From contig BOKX01000001.1 of assembly GCA_016861205.1 (NCBI GenBank), positions 895,835 to 959,834 of the forward strand: a stretch of 64,000 nt of DNA, read 5' to 3'. Below, piece after piece: positions 56,201-64,000 of the stretch. Both the position numbers and the translations under genes were made by a program. How positions within the stretch are numbered: the stretch's first letter is position 1; every line of letters begins with the position of its first letter. Source of the DNA: Patescibacteria group bacterium (GTDB taxonomy: Bacteria; Patescibacteriota; Microgenomatia; UBA1400; PJMF01). The notes under the pieces are model-generated. The model was not told where the DNA came from and did not search any database. It was given only the letters and a program-made list of their open reading frames with translations.

Positions 56201-59200
56201 GCCATGTAGTTGCCGGCGGTGGTGCCAGTATTCAAAAATGTACCAAACGTGACGTAGGCGTTACCGCCCCCAGAGTTGTTACCGCCTTGAATGCCAGCAG
56301 ACAACATATTCCCTTGACCGTCGCCGCCGCCAGCCCTGATTAAGAATGGACTACTTGGACCGCCACTGTTGGCCCAGATGCCGCCATTGACGGTCAAAGT
56401 GTCATTGATATTGCCGGAGGTAGTGTTGATACCGACCCGACCACCAGTTGGGTTGAGGACCAGTGTCCGGTTGAGGCTGGTCGTAATTACACCATCTCCA
56501 GTCAGTGACAAGGCGTTGCCCGCCGTGGTGCCAGACATACTGGCGGTGACGTTGCCAGAGCCGTTGATGTTGGTCACGGCAAACCGGGCGCTGGCAGTGG
56601 ACTGGCCCCCGATTAACAGATCCACAGTCGAGTTAGCCGGGTAGAGGGCGCCGTTGCCTTGGTACCAGAACACATTGGCTAGAGTGGCCACTGTGGTCCA
56701 GCTTAGGACACCTGAGCCATCGGTGCTCAACACCTGGCCAGTGCTACCAGCGGTGTCTGGTAAGGTCAGTGTGACATCTGACCCGACCGTCGCGGGAGCC
56801 TGCAGTGCCACGTAGTTGGTGGAGTCGGAGTCAGCTAGGCGGAGGTCGCTCTGAGCTGGCAAGAAAACGTTGTCGTTTAGGTCAATCTGAGTTGAGTTGG
56901 AGCTCAAGCGCAAGTTACCACTCACATCTTCAATGACGTGGGCGACGCTGTCGATAACTGAAATAATTCCGCTGCTGTTGATCTGGAACTGTGAAGTGCT
57001 ACCCACTGAGAAAAGTGAGTCTGGAGTGGTATCTCCACCCACGCCCACGTTGCCAGCACCAGTGATGGTCATGCGGTTGTTAGCGCCGTTGGTGTAGAAG
57101 TTGATAGCCGCGTTCTGGCGGTTGGCAAAACCGATTTCTGAACCGTTAGAAGTTCCAAAGTCAGCAGTAGGTGTTCCAGAAGTATCAGTAAACTGAATGG
57201 CGCCACCAGCGCTACCTGCGATTACAAGTGACGTATAGTCACTGCCACCGGTAGAACGCAGCCACAGCCGACTCACTTGACTTGCACCACCCCAACCCGT
57301 TGCAACGTTGGTTGGAGCAGTGGTGCCGATACCGACGTTATTCAAGTTGCGGTCAAAGGTCATGATGTTACTCTCAGAACCACCAGTTACCCCTTGAACG
57401 TACAAGCGGCCAGATGAAGCATCTTCTAAGTTGAAAGAGTAGCCAGCATCACTATTTTGCTGTTTTAGGTACAAAAGCTGTGTGTTGCTGCTGACGCCAT
57501 CAGCATCCACAATGGTCAGCACTCGGTTAGAAGAGGTAGTTCCAATGCCGATGTTGCCATCTGGACGCATGGTCATCAAATGGGTGCCATCTGAGTAGAA
57601 GTTAATGTTTCCGGTGTTGCTATCACCAATATTGAGTGGTTGCTGATTAGTAGTAGCAATGACACCGGCAGAGTTAAGGGTGAGATTACCAGAGATACTG
57701 GCGGTGGGAGTGCCACTATTCAGATTGATAAAGGCAATATCTGCGCTGGCACTGGACTGACCACCAAAGAGGACATCGACAGTTGAGTTGGCTGGGTAGA
57801 GAGCACCATTGCCTTGGTACCAGAAGATGCTGGATAGCGTGGCAGCGCTGGTCCAGCTCAGGACACCTGATCCATCAGTGGACAACACTTGGCCACTGTC
57901 GCCATCAGTATCTGGCAAGGTGAGGGTGTAGTTGGTGCCGATGGTGGCGGGGGCTTGAATCGCGGCGTAGTTGGAAGAGTCGCTATCGCCAAAGCGCATG
58001 TTACCTTGAGTGTTGATGAAGATGTTTCCACCAGCAATCTGCAATCGTTCGTTAATAGTAGTAGTACCAATACCGATGTTCTGCGAACTGTTAATGCGCA
58101 TGGCGGTGGTGCCGTTGGTGGCAAAGCCCATGGCGTCGATGTCGTGCATGTAGCTGATGACACCCATGTCTTCGCTATCTTGGTCTGAAAAGCTTAGGAT
58201 TTGGTGAGCGGTGTTGCCACTGACCCACTTGAGGCGATTGGTGCTAAAGGCCTCGAGTACCAACATGTCGTTGCCATCCAGTGAGTAGCCGCGGGTGCTG
58301 CTGCTGCGGTAGAGGTGGGCAAAGCCCTCTGGGGCGGTGGTCCCGACCGCGATCCGGCCACCTGAGCCGTTGTTGGGCATCATGATGATGTTACCGGTGG
58401 TGGAGCCGCCGAGGGTGAGAGAGCGATTGTTGGTGGACTGGATGGCGCCACTGGTGTGGTTGAGCGTCAGGCTACCGGCGATCGAAGCGGTGGGGGTGCC
58501 TGAGTTGTTATTCAAGAAAGCAAAGTTGGCACTAGCCGAAGCCTGACCACCGAAGAAGACGTCCACGGTTGAGTTCAGTGGGAAGAGCGAACCATTGGTT
58601 TGGTTCCAGTAGTTGGTGCCGGCGGCTACCCACGAGAGGACGCCAGAGCCGTCGGTAGACAGAACTTGCCCACTGTCACCGTCATTGTCAGGCAACGTGA
58701 GGGTGTAGTTGGTTCCGATCGTGGCCGGAGCCTGGATAGCAGCGTAGTTGGTAGAGTCGGAGTCGGCTAGGCGGAGGTCGCCCTGGGCGTTGATCTGGAA
58801 GTTACCGGTAGCAAGTTCGAGGGCGTTGGTAGGAGTAATAGTGCCGATTCCGAGATAGCCATTTTCATCAAAGGCGCTTAAACCAGTGCCACTCGAGTTT
58901 TGCAGTTCAAGTAAGTTATTAGTCTGTGACGTAGCAGCTCTGATTTTTACCGCAATTTCATTGGCTGTTTGGTTAAAAACTGCAAAAAGATGATCTGTTT
59001 CAGTACTGATGGTACCGACATTGACGGAGTCTCGTGCGTTACCGTAAATCGTGAAGAGATTGTCGGTTGATCCGCCATCAGCACGGAGAATGGTGAAAGT
59101 GTCAGAAGCTCCGATGTTGTCTGGGTTCAGCCAGATTCCTGGTGCTCCAGCACCACCTAATGCAACCAAGCGTGCGTTAACACCACTGGTTCTGTTTCCA

Positions 59201-62200
59201 TATAGGCTGGTTGTTTGATTACTAATTGACAGTTTATCGGTCACACCCGCATCACCACCTGGACTCGTCCGAATCACAAATGATTCTCCGTTCAAAATAT
59301 TGATTGTTGGGTCAGTTGTCCCTCGGAAGGAAAGTGTGCCCGAGAGTGATGCTGAGCCAGCTACGTCAAGTGTGGCCGTGGCATTGGTACTATCAAATCC
59401 TGGCCCGATGCCCCAGTTACCAGCCGAACTCACAGCACCAATCACACTGTTGTTCAGAGCAAAGAAAATCTGACGGCCACTAGCAGCATTGAGGTACGTG
59501 CTCCCGACATTCGATTGCAGCAGGGCGTAATTACCAGTGGCTGAGTGATCTAGTGCCTGGTTGCCAAAGTAGGCATAGTCAGTGTTGGCTGGCCAGGCAC
59601 CGGTTTCGGCAGCTCCAATTCGACCGGTGGTAGTGATGCTGCCAACGGCAAAGTCAAAGTCAGGGCTGGAGGTGCCGATACCCACTCGGCCACCGGTGGC
59701 ATTCAGGGTGAGTGTTCGGTTAAGGCTGGTTTGAATGGCGCCGTCGCCATTGAGTGACAGAGCATACCCGGCGGTGGTCCCAGACATAGTGGCAGTGACT
59801 GCGCCAGAGTTGACGTTAGTCACCGCGAACCGGGCGCTGGCGGTAGATTGACCACCGATGAGCAGATCCAGAGTTGAGTTCACCGGGTAGAGCGCACCAT
59901 TACCAGTGGACCACAAGCTGTTACCGATGGTAGTGCCGTAGATTTCATTAATGGCATCTACGAGGCCTTGGGGCAAACCGGCATCCAGAGCGGTGTCAGC
60001 TACAGTCAGAGCGATGTTGCCGGTGCGGGTGTCGCTCAGATACAGCTCTCCGTTGCTGCTCAAAACCAAGTTGCCAGAGGAGTTAGCTAAGGCGTGGGCC
60101 ACGCCACCAATGGCGGCGATGTTTCCAGAGGAGTTAACCTGGAACAGATCGCCATTGCCGACGGTCAGCATGGCTGCAGGTGAAGTGTCTCCGATACCGA
60201 AGTTGTTGTTGAAGAGTGTAGCCAGTGTGGCATTTCCAACTTGGAAACCAATTGAGCTGGCAGCGGCTGTATCAAGCACGAGTGAACCAGAACTGAGCAA
60301 CTCAACAGAACCGGAACCTGTATTCTGGATAGTCAGTTCACCAGCTGAAGTGTCAAAGTAGGCGTTGCCCACGACGTGGAGTGTTTGCCCAGGCACGGTG
60401 GTACCCAAACCCAACAGACCAGCGTTGGTCAAGACCATTCGGTTTGTACCAGAGGCAGAGGCGGCGATGATGTTGCCAGAATTGGTCTGGTCAACCACCA
60501 GGGCAGCGTTGGAACCGTAGTTACCGACTACATGGAGATCTGCGATGGGTGAAGTGGTACCGATGCCAAGATTTCCGTTACTATCGAGAGTCATGAAGGC
60601 AGTACTTGATTGTCGGAAGACAAGCCTTCCGCCACCGTATGAGCTAGCATTACCAGTTGAGTACAAATTAAAACTAGTTCCGCCGGCGCCAGTATTTGAA
60701 AGGCCAACCATCGGTAGAATAGATGAAATCTCCAGCTGATAAGCTGGAGTCGTGCTGCCAATTCCGACATTACCTGTTGGCAAAAGTGACATGACCTCAG
60801 TTGCAGGGAAACCTTGGTTGTATCGATTAGCATAGCTGTATGAGCCAATAGCTAATCGTGAAGCCGTATCGGTGAAACCTAGTACAGCTCCGCTGGTGCC
60901 TGTCCAAAGATTCACAAACCTACTGGCGTCGGTTCTTTCAAAAACGAAACCTGGTGTGCCAGTCCCGGCAGTGACTCTGACTGGGAAGGCAGGAGAGCCG
61001 GAAGGTGCTGCTGATGGACCAACAACATCAAAAAGAGTGGCAGGAATCGAAGTCCCAATCCCCACATTCCCATTCTGGGTAATCACAAACCGGTTTAAGC
61101 CTGAGCTGGAGGCGGTGAAGATGTCACCCACACCTGAGTTATCGGCTACCAAGGTGGCAAAGGCGGTAGCACCAGAGACAGAAGCAACCGGCAGCGTCCC
61201 AGACATGGCCCTCAGGTCTAAGGTGCCTCTGGGACTAGTTACGCCATTTTCACCAATTCCTACCAATCCAGCTCCAGTAATGGTTACTCGTGAGAGCGCG
61301 TTGGTAGCCAAAGTTAGGGGAGTGTTTTCTCGGTTATAAACCAAGGCACCACCATTGTATCCGAGAGTCAGCCCATCGTTTTCGCTATGTCCAGTGGCGC
61401 TTGAAGTGATACTGATGTACGCCAAAGCACTATTTTGTGCAGAAACTTGAAGTTTCGAGCGAGGACTAGTTGTGCCAATTCCCACATTGCCATCGTTTGG
61501 ATTAAGGAGCAACGAGCGACTTAAGCTTGTGGCGATAGTACCATCACCAGTCAGGTATAAGCTGTTCCCAGCTGTTGAACCCGAAAAACTAGCCGTTGGG
61601 GTGCCGCTATTTACATTCAAGAACTTGAAGATGGCACTGGCACTCGACTGGCCGCCAATCAAGACATCCATGGTTGAGTTCTTGGGATAAATGACACCGT
61701 CACTGGCTGACCAGTGCACGCTGCCAGCACCAGCCAAAGCTGGATCTACCCAGCTTAAGGTGCCACTGCCATTTGTAGACAAAATATACCCAGAGGCTTG
61801 GGAGCCGGGCCAAGTGTAGGTGATGCCATTGAAAGCGGTGGTCCCAGTGGCAAAGTCAAAGTTGCCGCTAGATGAGATGGTCAGCCGATTGTTGCTGCCG
61901 CCGGTTCGGAAGATTAAGGAGCCAGTGGCGTTGGTAGCAGAAACGTAGTTCTCAGCGTTTCGTGAGAAGGCCAGGGTATTGGCTTGGAGCGTGGAGTTGT
62001 AAGCAGCTGCCTGAGTGACAGTCAGAGCCCCGTCACTGCCAAAGTAGGCCAGGTTGGTACCACTGCTGTTGTTGATGTCAGCGATGTGGGCAGTGCCACT
62101 CGGGCCACCCTGAACAGTCAGTGGCACGCCGCCGGCGTAGGTGGCTGAGATGGTGGCACCTGGAGAATAGACGTAATCTCGAGAGATCACCCCACCGATA

Positions 62201-63636
62201 CCGTCGGCATCTAAAACTATGTCGCCATTGCTACCACTAGCAGTTTGGAAGAGGAGGCTACGACCTTCCAGAGTAAAAGTCCCAGAAAGAGACCGAATCT
62301 CCGGGTTAACTTCGCCTAAAACGACACTCCCACCACCGTCCATAAACAGGATGGTGTTCACTGTGGCTGCCCCGGTGGCAGAGATGGGGTACCCCTGCAA
62401 AGTTTCGGCGTTCAGAGCGTAAGCTACCGTGCGAATTGGTTGGCGAGGGGTCAAGGTCTCGCTGCCGACTCGGACTTCTAGGTAGGTGCTGGCGTTTTCC
62501 GAAAAGACAAACTCGTTGATTTCAGCGCCACAGGTACCGTCACCCAGATTAGTGTTGAAAATGCCATCCTGATCGGGAGTCACACTACAGCTGCCTTGCC
62601 AGAGAAGTGGGCCGGCATCACCTGGGGTGTCAGTGTAGGCGCCGTTACTGGGGTGGTTGTAGATACTGAACACCATCGAGGTGCTGCTCGTGATGGGGTT
62701 CTGGTTGGTATCAGTCAGACGACCTTGGAAGGACAATATCCGATTCGGCTCGACAGGTGTGCTGGGATAAGCGAGTGGAGTGTTGGCTGTCTTGAAGAAC
62801 TGTTGGTATCCAAACACACCTAATCCCAAGATAAATAACACCAAGATAGCCAAGTTAAGGTAGGTCACCCAACCTTGACTGGCTTTGAAGACGGAATTAA
62901 GGCGTTCAATGCCTTGTCTCCAATTTTGTCGAGTTGAGACTTTTTTGACTCGAGGTCGAGGCGGAATAATTTCTACTTGAGGTTTTTTTGGTTCCAGAGC
63001 TGGCTGGCTGACTTTTGGCTCAGCTGGTTTGATTGGAGCTGGTTCTGGATTCGGCTTGATGACAGGCATCTCAGCAACTGCTTGTACAGCCTGGACAGTT
63101 ACTGGGACCTCGAGCTGGAGTAACCCGTGTTCCTCACACCACTGCCAGAAATGCTGCAAACTCGAGGTTTTACGCTTGATACTAGAGGGTTGTAAGCCGT
63201 TTTGATCTTGGAATCGCTCAAAAGCGGCGATTTGGTTTTTGGTAAGGCCAACGCTGACCACTGAGGTCCGACAAAAAGTAAAGAATTGGCTGATATCATT
63301 GCGGTAATTTCGAACAGTGGAGTTTGAGCACTTGTTAAGCTTGAGTGCTAAAACAAACTTTGGTAAAGCGACTTCGATCTGGGAAGCTGGAAACTGGTTC
63401 AGAAACTGAGTAGCCAGTTGGTAGTGAGTGTCCGTTGGCTGTCGGTCGGCCGGTAGCTGACCGATGAAGGTGGCCCAGCCCTCAGCAGACCAGCTGCTGG
63501 GGTCAGCTTGCCAGCTACAAAACTCTGTCAAGAGGTGAGCTAGCTGACTGGCTTCTGCCGGCAGCACACCAGAGCCTTGAAAGAATGTCACGGCGGCGGC
63601 AAGTGGGGAAATCGTGCGCGGAGGTTGGGCAAGCAT
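50203..63636 (-). CDS. Giant surface protein (4477 aa): cytoplasmic tyrosine-recombinase-like N-terminal SAM/core-binding domain (no catalytic domain), Pro-rich linker, single TM helix, ~4200-aa repetitive extracellular region with phage-tail-fibre-like repeats
   Basis: Intact 13.4-kb ORF. N-terminal aa ~85-175, LKLNKCSNSTVRNYRNDISQFF...QPSSIKRKTSSLQHFWQWCEEHGLL, parallels XerD LEKNLAENTLNAYRRDLSMM...KATSSARLLSAVRRLFQYLYREKF. TM helix WVTYLNLAILVLFILGLGVFGY at aa 256-277. Repeated modules ...SDSTNYAAIQAPATIGTNYTLTLPDNDGDSGQVLSTDGSGVLSW... (x3) and ...YTWPGSQASGYILSTNGSGTLSW.... Highly Gly/Ser/Thr/Asn-rich beta-repeat composition. Confidence 0.85.
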   Translation of the reverse strand: MLAQPPRTISPLAAAVTFFQGSGVLPAEASQLAHLLTEFCSWQADPSSWSAEGWATFIGQLPADRQPTDTHYQLATQFLNQFPASQIEVALPKFVLALKLNKCSNSTVRNYRNDISQFFTFCRTSVVSVGLTKNQIAAFERFQDQNGLQPSSIKRKTSSLQHFWQWCEEHGLLQLEVPVTVQAVQAVAEMPVIKPNPEPAPIKPAEPKVSQPALEPKKPQVEIIPPRPRVKKVSTRQNWRQGIERLNSVFKASQGWVTYLNLAILVLFILGLGVFGYQQFFKTANTPLAYPSTPVEPNRILSFQGRLTDTNQNPITSSTSMVFSIYNHPSNGAYTDTPGDAGPLLWQGSCSVTPDQDGIFNTNLGDGTCGAEINEFVFSENASTYLEVRVGSETLTPRQPIRTVAYALNAETLQGYPISATGAATVNTILFMDGGGSVVLGEVNPEIRSLSGTFTLEGRSLLFQTASGSNGDIVLDADGIGGVISRDYVYSPGATISATYAGGVPLTVQGGPSGTAHIADINNSSGTNLAYFGSDGALTVTQAAAYNSTLQANTLAFSRNAENYVSATNATGSLIFRTGGSNNRLTISSSGNFDFATGTTAFNGITYTWPGSQASGYILSTNGSGTLSWVDPALAGAGSVHWSASDGVIYPKNSTMDVLIGGQSSASAIFKFLNVNSGTPTASFSGSTAGNSLYLTGDGTIATSLSRSLLLNPNDGNVGIGTTSPRSKLQVSAQNSALAYISITSSATGHSENDGLTLGYNGGALVYNRENTPLTLATNALSRVTITGAGLVGIGENGVTSPRGTLDLRAMSGTLPVASVSGATAFATLVADNSGVGDIFTASSSGLNRFVITQNGNVGIGTSIPATLFDVVGPSAAPSGSPAFPVRVTAGTGTPGFVFERTDASRFVNLWTGTSGAVLGFTDTASRLAIGSYSYANRYNQGFPATEVMSLLPTGNVGIGSTTPAYQLEISSILPMVGLSNTGAGGTSFNLYSTGNASSYGGGRLVFRQSSTAFMTLDSNGNLGIGTTSPIADLHVVGNYGSNAALVVDQTNSGNIIAASASGTNRMVLTNAGLLGLGTTVPGQTLHVVGNAYFDTSAGELTIQNTGSGSVELLSSGSLVLDTAAASSIGFQVGNATLATLFNNNFGIGDTSPAAMLTVGNGDLFQVNSSGNIAAIGGVAHALANSSGNLVLSSNGELYLSDTRTGNIALTVADTALDAGLPQGLVDAINEIYGTTIGNSLWSTGNGALYPVNSTLDLLIGGQSTASARFAVTNVNSGAVTATMSGTTAGYALSLNGDGAIQTSLNRTLTLNATGGRVGIGTSSPDFDFAVGSITTTGRIGAAETGAWPANTDYAYFGNQALDHSATGNYALLQSNVGSTYLNAASGRQIFFALNNSVIGAVSSAGNWGIGPGFDSTNATATLDVAGSASLSGTLSFRGTTDPTINILNGESFVIRTSPGGDAGVTDKLSISNQTTSLYGNRTSGVNARLVALGGAGAPGIWLNPDNIGASDTFTILRADGGSTDNLFTIYGNARDSVNVGTISTETDHLFAVFNQTANEIAVKIRAATSQTNNLLELQNSSGTGLSAFDENGYLGIGTITPTNALELATGNFQINAQGDLRLADSDSTNYAAIQAPATIGTNYTLTLPDNDGDSGQVLSTDGSGVLSWVAAGTNYWNQTNGSLFPLNSTVDVFFGGQASASANFAFLNNNSGTPTASIAGSLTLNHTSGAIQSTNNRSLTLGGSTTGNIIMMPNNGSGGRIAVGTTAPEGFAHLYRSSSTRGYSLDGNDMLVLEAFSTNRLKWVSGNTAHQILSFSDQDSEDMGVISYMHDIDAMGFATNGTTAMRINSSQNIGIGTTTINERLQIAGGNIFINTQGNMRFGDSDSSNYAAIQAPATIGTNYTLTLPDTDGDSGQVLSTDGSGVLSWTSAATLSSIFWYQGNGALYPANSTVDVLFGGQSSASADIAFINLNSGTPTASISGNLTLNSAGVIATTNQQPLNIGDSNTGNINFYSDGTHLMTMRPDGNIGIGTTSSNRVLTIVDADGVSSNTQLLYLKQQNSDAGYSFNLEDASSGRLYVQGVTGGSESNIMTFDRNLNNVGIGTTAPTNVATGWGGASQVSRLWLRSTGGSDYTSLVIAGSAGGAIQFTDTSGTPTADFGTSNGSEIGFANRQNAAINFYTNGANNRMTITGAGNVGVGGDTTPDSLFSVGSTSQFQINSSGIISVIDSVAHVIEDVSGNLRLSSNSTQIDLNDNVFLPAQSDLRLADSDSTNYVALQAPATVGSDVTLTLPDTAGSTGQVLSTDGSGVLSWTTVATLANVFWYQGNGALYPANSTVDLLIGGQSTASARFAVTNINGSGNVTASMSGTTAGNALSLTGDGVITTSLNRTLVLNPTGGRVGINTTSGNINDTLTVNGGIWANSGGPSSPFLIRAGGGDGQGNMLSAGIQGGNNSGGGNAYVTFGTFLNTGTTAGNYMAMTRGGNVGFGTTAPLGRFVVTGTANAAGNALAMFNQTGSDDILAASASGTRRLSLSNAGNLVLYQASTLQTTTGDLTLNIGGGDLIFTDTNTFNVGGSGSDVAYNVIGDSTAGASASMDSDDDLYIEGNLEADGTVVNFTNATVTASDFSCTDCIDFTEFVDSPTLDNQFLLSQGSYPWQQEYTGTAGIGYSVISNTMTTGIASYFSSTYNPAGTGGITANIFNVTNSNSSGTTDLAGVDVRLTNNPSTSGNTEYALQVRNMGTSNTTDNNVTALLRLDNQDTSGTGSTVVQNAIYITNSGNISGGIVNAINIADADVTTDISFQNGETIDNDVDGTLSLTAGTVEIVGNLLPDGNDTRDLGSDTLRWQDLYLGPSSLHIGSSGDEGIMSYNTTSDYFNFSQNVSIAGQTRIGNFGSNPTALGAGSMYYNTGDNIPYYYNGSTWVGIASTSQAVNYWRIIDGAFSPANDTTDLLIGGSASSSADFAFINVNSGTPTASISGNITLNSAGVIATTNQRTLTLGDANTGNLSFVSDGTTAMTILPSGNVGIGTTSPSQALQVVGNITGNGYVNASTDFRLGGAQTVDFSGTTARFAAHGSWTDVALMTSGIDRLHINSDGNVGIGTTAPHADLHVVGNYSSNAALVIDQLNSGDILSASVSGVTRFRVDTNGYAIAQRFSDMANEAFYLDPAATGTALNIAGDAIFGADAILNIGGNGSTVNYNLMADSTAGASGSMSTDNDLYIQGDLEVDGTTVFGNLAYTWPTSQTAGYILQTNGSGTLTWANPETSLGAYWRLYQGALSPTNNTLDLLVGGLATDSANFAFLNNVSGGFPTASISGDITLGGSGGTIRSTSSRPITIGGATTGNIYLNPLNGVGRVGINTTAPTYNLHLVTTSGDTTFAMGDADVAHGITGVTTTNTIFHIGAISGTNGGAMLTGFADQVSGAQALELRGYSGSTNPTDTVPMIMLTGARRSGTGVVDLAAAETVFQVRNNDNAADLTLLGNGDLGIGTTAPAYGLHFERASTRATMMFRSFAGGDPYAEFQMSSVDGGASNIIFSHNDGATELGNLWQISADSGADEFILNNYYLSDPGSNGSYALHIDGVTNRTILGDSRSYLGLLHLQTGGDTPAFGKAVLTINQTESNGDLFTASASGTTRFVLTNSGGMGVNTPNANLLGAVDVRGYSSSLPIATFSGSTSGVGLRVENNGSGDIFRAGVSGRHVMSVRNNGSVAIGTTQGGGTRLWVTSEGGTPFGATGTSVGSHLLSTFEVMSAWSTNDVGTANEYFMLLRTDEDGTPDNEYRLETNGQAYADGAWNGGGADVAEMYKVLGNAEEGDLVAITTAPVAEPGKTLSKSSGVSYDSMVVGVISTDPGLVAGWGDTEGGEVVDTQPVALVGRVPVKVSLENGPIAVGDPLTSASQPGVAMKATKAGRIIGYALEAYDGTHKLSAGTLKVEQDRLAGSSERQPLPEPQAGTGKVMVFVNTSYFDPSIRITSSGDVTIAGNDSAPVATATYNASYNGNLLEKVDAFAELAVANLKAGVIRTRQLLAEVRIQTPEVKTDLITPVGDTVNVKLSDNNDRFQVTNQNNQPVASIDDQGNTQLAGDLTVNGTSRLGSLLSDNASISGTATISGQLDATSARIAALEGKVAEFEQIKADTAELITATISGTLYADNIDGFDDKVATAIQKPSLLAQLLGEPDNASTAASVASLFSVIDQAGYSATGSAIMNKSLSDLNLASTDVSIGADAAFINRYFEVNGSAYFGDSVGIANQLLIGEGTQLSDGVLSYLDSANPAETVFEIQPHGQGTLSMMAGLLSLKSNGQVIVTGDLTVAGTVTVEDSLLTDLIQPTDFTNPLQVKVAGVATESGEVRESRFEIVDELGTPVATISADGRANFAGGIGVGAQDLSGNENQAETTKTSGKAVVKQGQTEMVIKSEQITSETVVQVTPLGSTNNQVLYVKSITPENPSTSEKEGQFVVGFDTALPDRDVQFTWWLLN
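53600..61900. repeat. Family of diverged intragenic tandem-like DNA repeats (units of ~0.3-0.8 kb, ~70-85% identical) inside the giant gene
   Basis: Clearly related blocks by eye at ~56560-56880, ~57700-58020 and ~58490-58800 (e.g. ...gacacctga.ccatc.gtg...cttggcca.tg...ggtgtagttgg...ggagtcggagtc.gctaggcggaggtcgc...). More diverged copies lie near 53730, 54700, 59830 and 61620. Confidence 0.7.
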
Positions 63637-64000
63637 ATACTCAAACTAGATCATTAGACGTCGGTGGGTTTTTAGTAATCTGGCCAGATGTATTAGACAC
63701 TTTAGACACCACTTCAATCAGTTTAGTTTTCTCGAGAAGCCCAGTCAATCATCGAGTTCCAGGCTAAGTTAAAAAGGCGACCAAATCTGAGTTGAGAAGG
63801 GTCAAGTTGGCCAAAAACAGAGTTTGTTTTCACGCGTTTTCATGAATATCAAACCGACTCAAAGAGTGGGGTTTCCAGGTGGTTGTGGGCAGACTTCTAT
63901 ATATGCCCAATTAGTTTTCCACAGAAACCAGGTGTGGTGTGACGCTTGAAAGTGAGGTGGTGAATGTAGTAAAAATGAAACAGGCCGATTGTGGAGTACT

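Noticed and set aside
63112-63384. Possibility that the integrase-like N-terminal domain marks a prophage or integrative element.
   Set aside because: Only the N-terminal core-binding-like domain is present. It is followed directly by a Pro-rich linker and TM helix within the same ORF. There is no catalytic R-K-HxxR-Y domain, no adjacent phage genes, and the nearest tRNA (20196-20269) is 43 kb away.

Overview
The window is a 64 kb chromosomal segment with about 50% GC that reads as a reduced-genome, probably Gram-positive-like Patescibacteria/CPR (Saccharibacteria-like) bacterium under the standard genetic code. All long ORFs are intact without UGA recoding.

Housekeeping content: rplY/L25 (Ctc), valS, a class I fructose-bisphosphate aldolase (fbaB-type), pgk, rpsA, radA, rho, obg, a LysM-M23 peptidase, a VanW-domain protein and an orphan solute-binding protein. 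There is also an rRNA transcription unit of tRNA-Ala(UGC)-23S-5S that has its own consensus promoter but no 16S gene upstream.

Accessory and envelope content: two giant surface proteins (1626 aa and 4477 aa), a 1446-aa polytopic membrane protein with a transglutaminase-like Cys/His core in a tightly packed 5-gene operon of unknown envelope proteins, three tandem type IV pilin genes lying next to a Wzy_C/PglL-like O-antigen-ligase-TPR protein, a class-E-like sortase, an orphan TrwB/TraD-family coupling-protein-like ATPase, and a secreted pentapeptide-repeat protein.

The most unusual feature is the 4477-aa protein. Its cytoplasmic N-terminus looks like a tyrosine-recombinase N-terminal SAM-like (core-binding) domain with no catalytic domain. 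This is fused through a Pro-rich linker and one TM helix to a highly repetitive extracellular region containing phage-tail-fibre-like repeats, and the gene carries diverged intragenic DNA repeats.

A 555-bp AT-rich intergenic island holds a consensus promoter plus intrinsic terminator that would make a ~120-nt candidate small RNA, and a ~75-nt imperfect long hairpin.

All calls rest on motif recognition by eye; no database search was possible.
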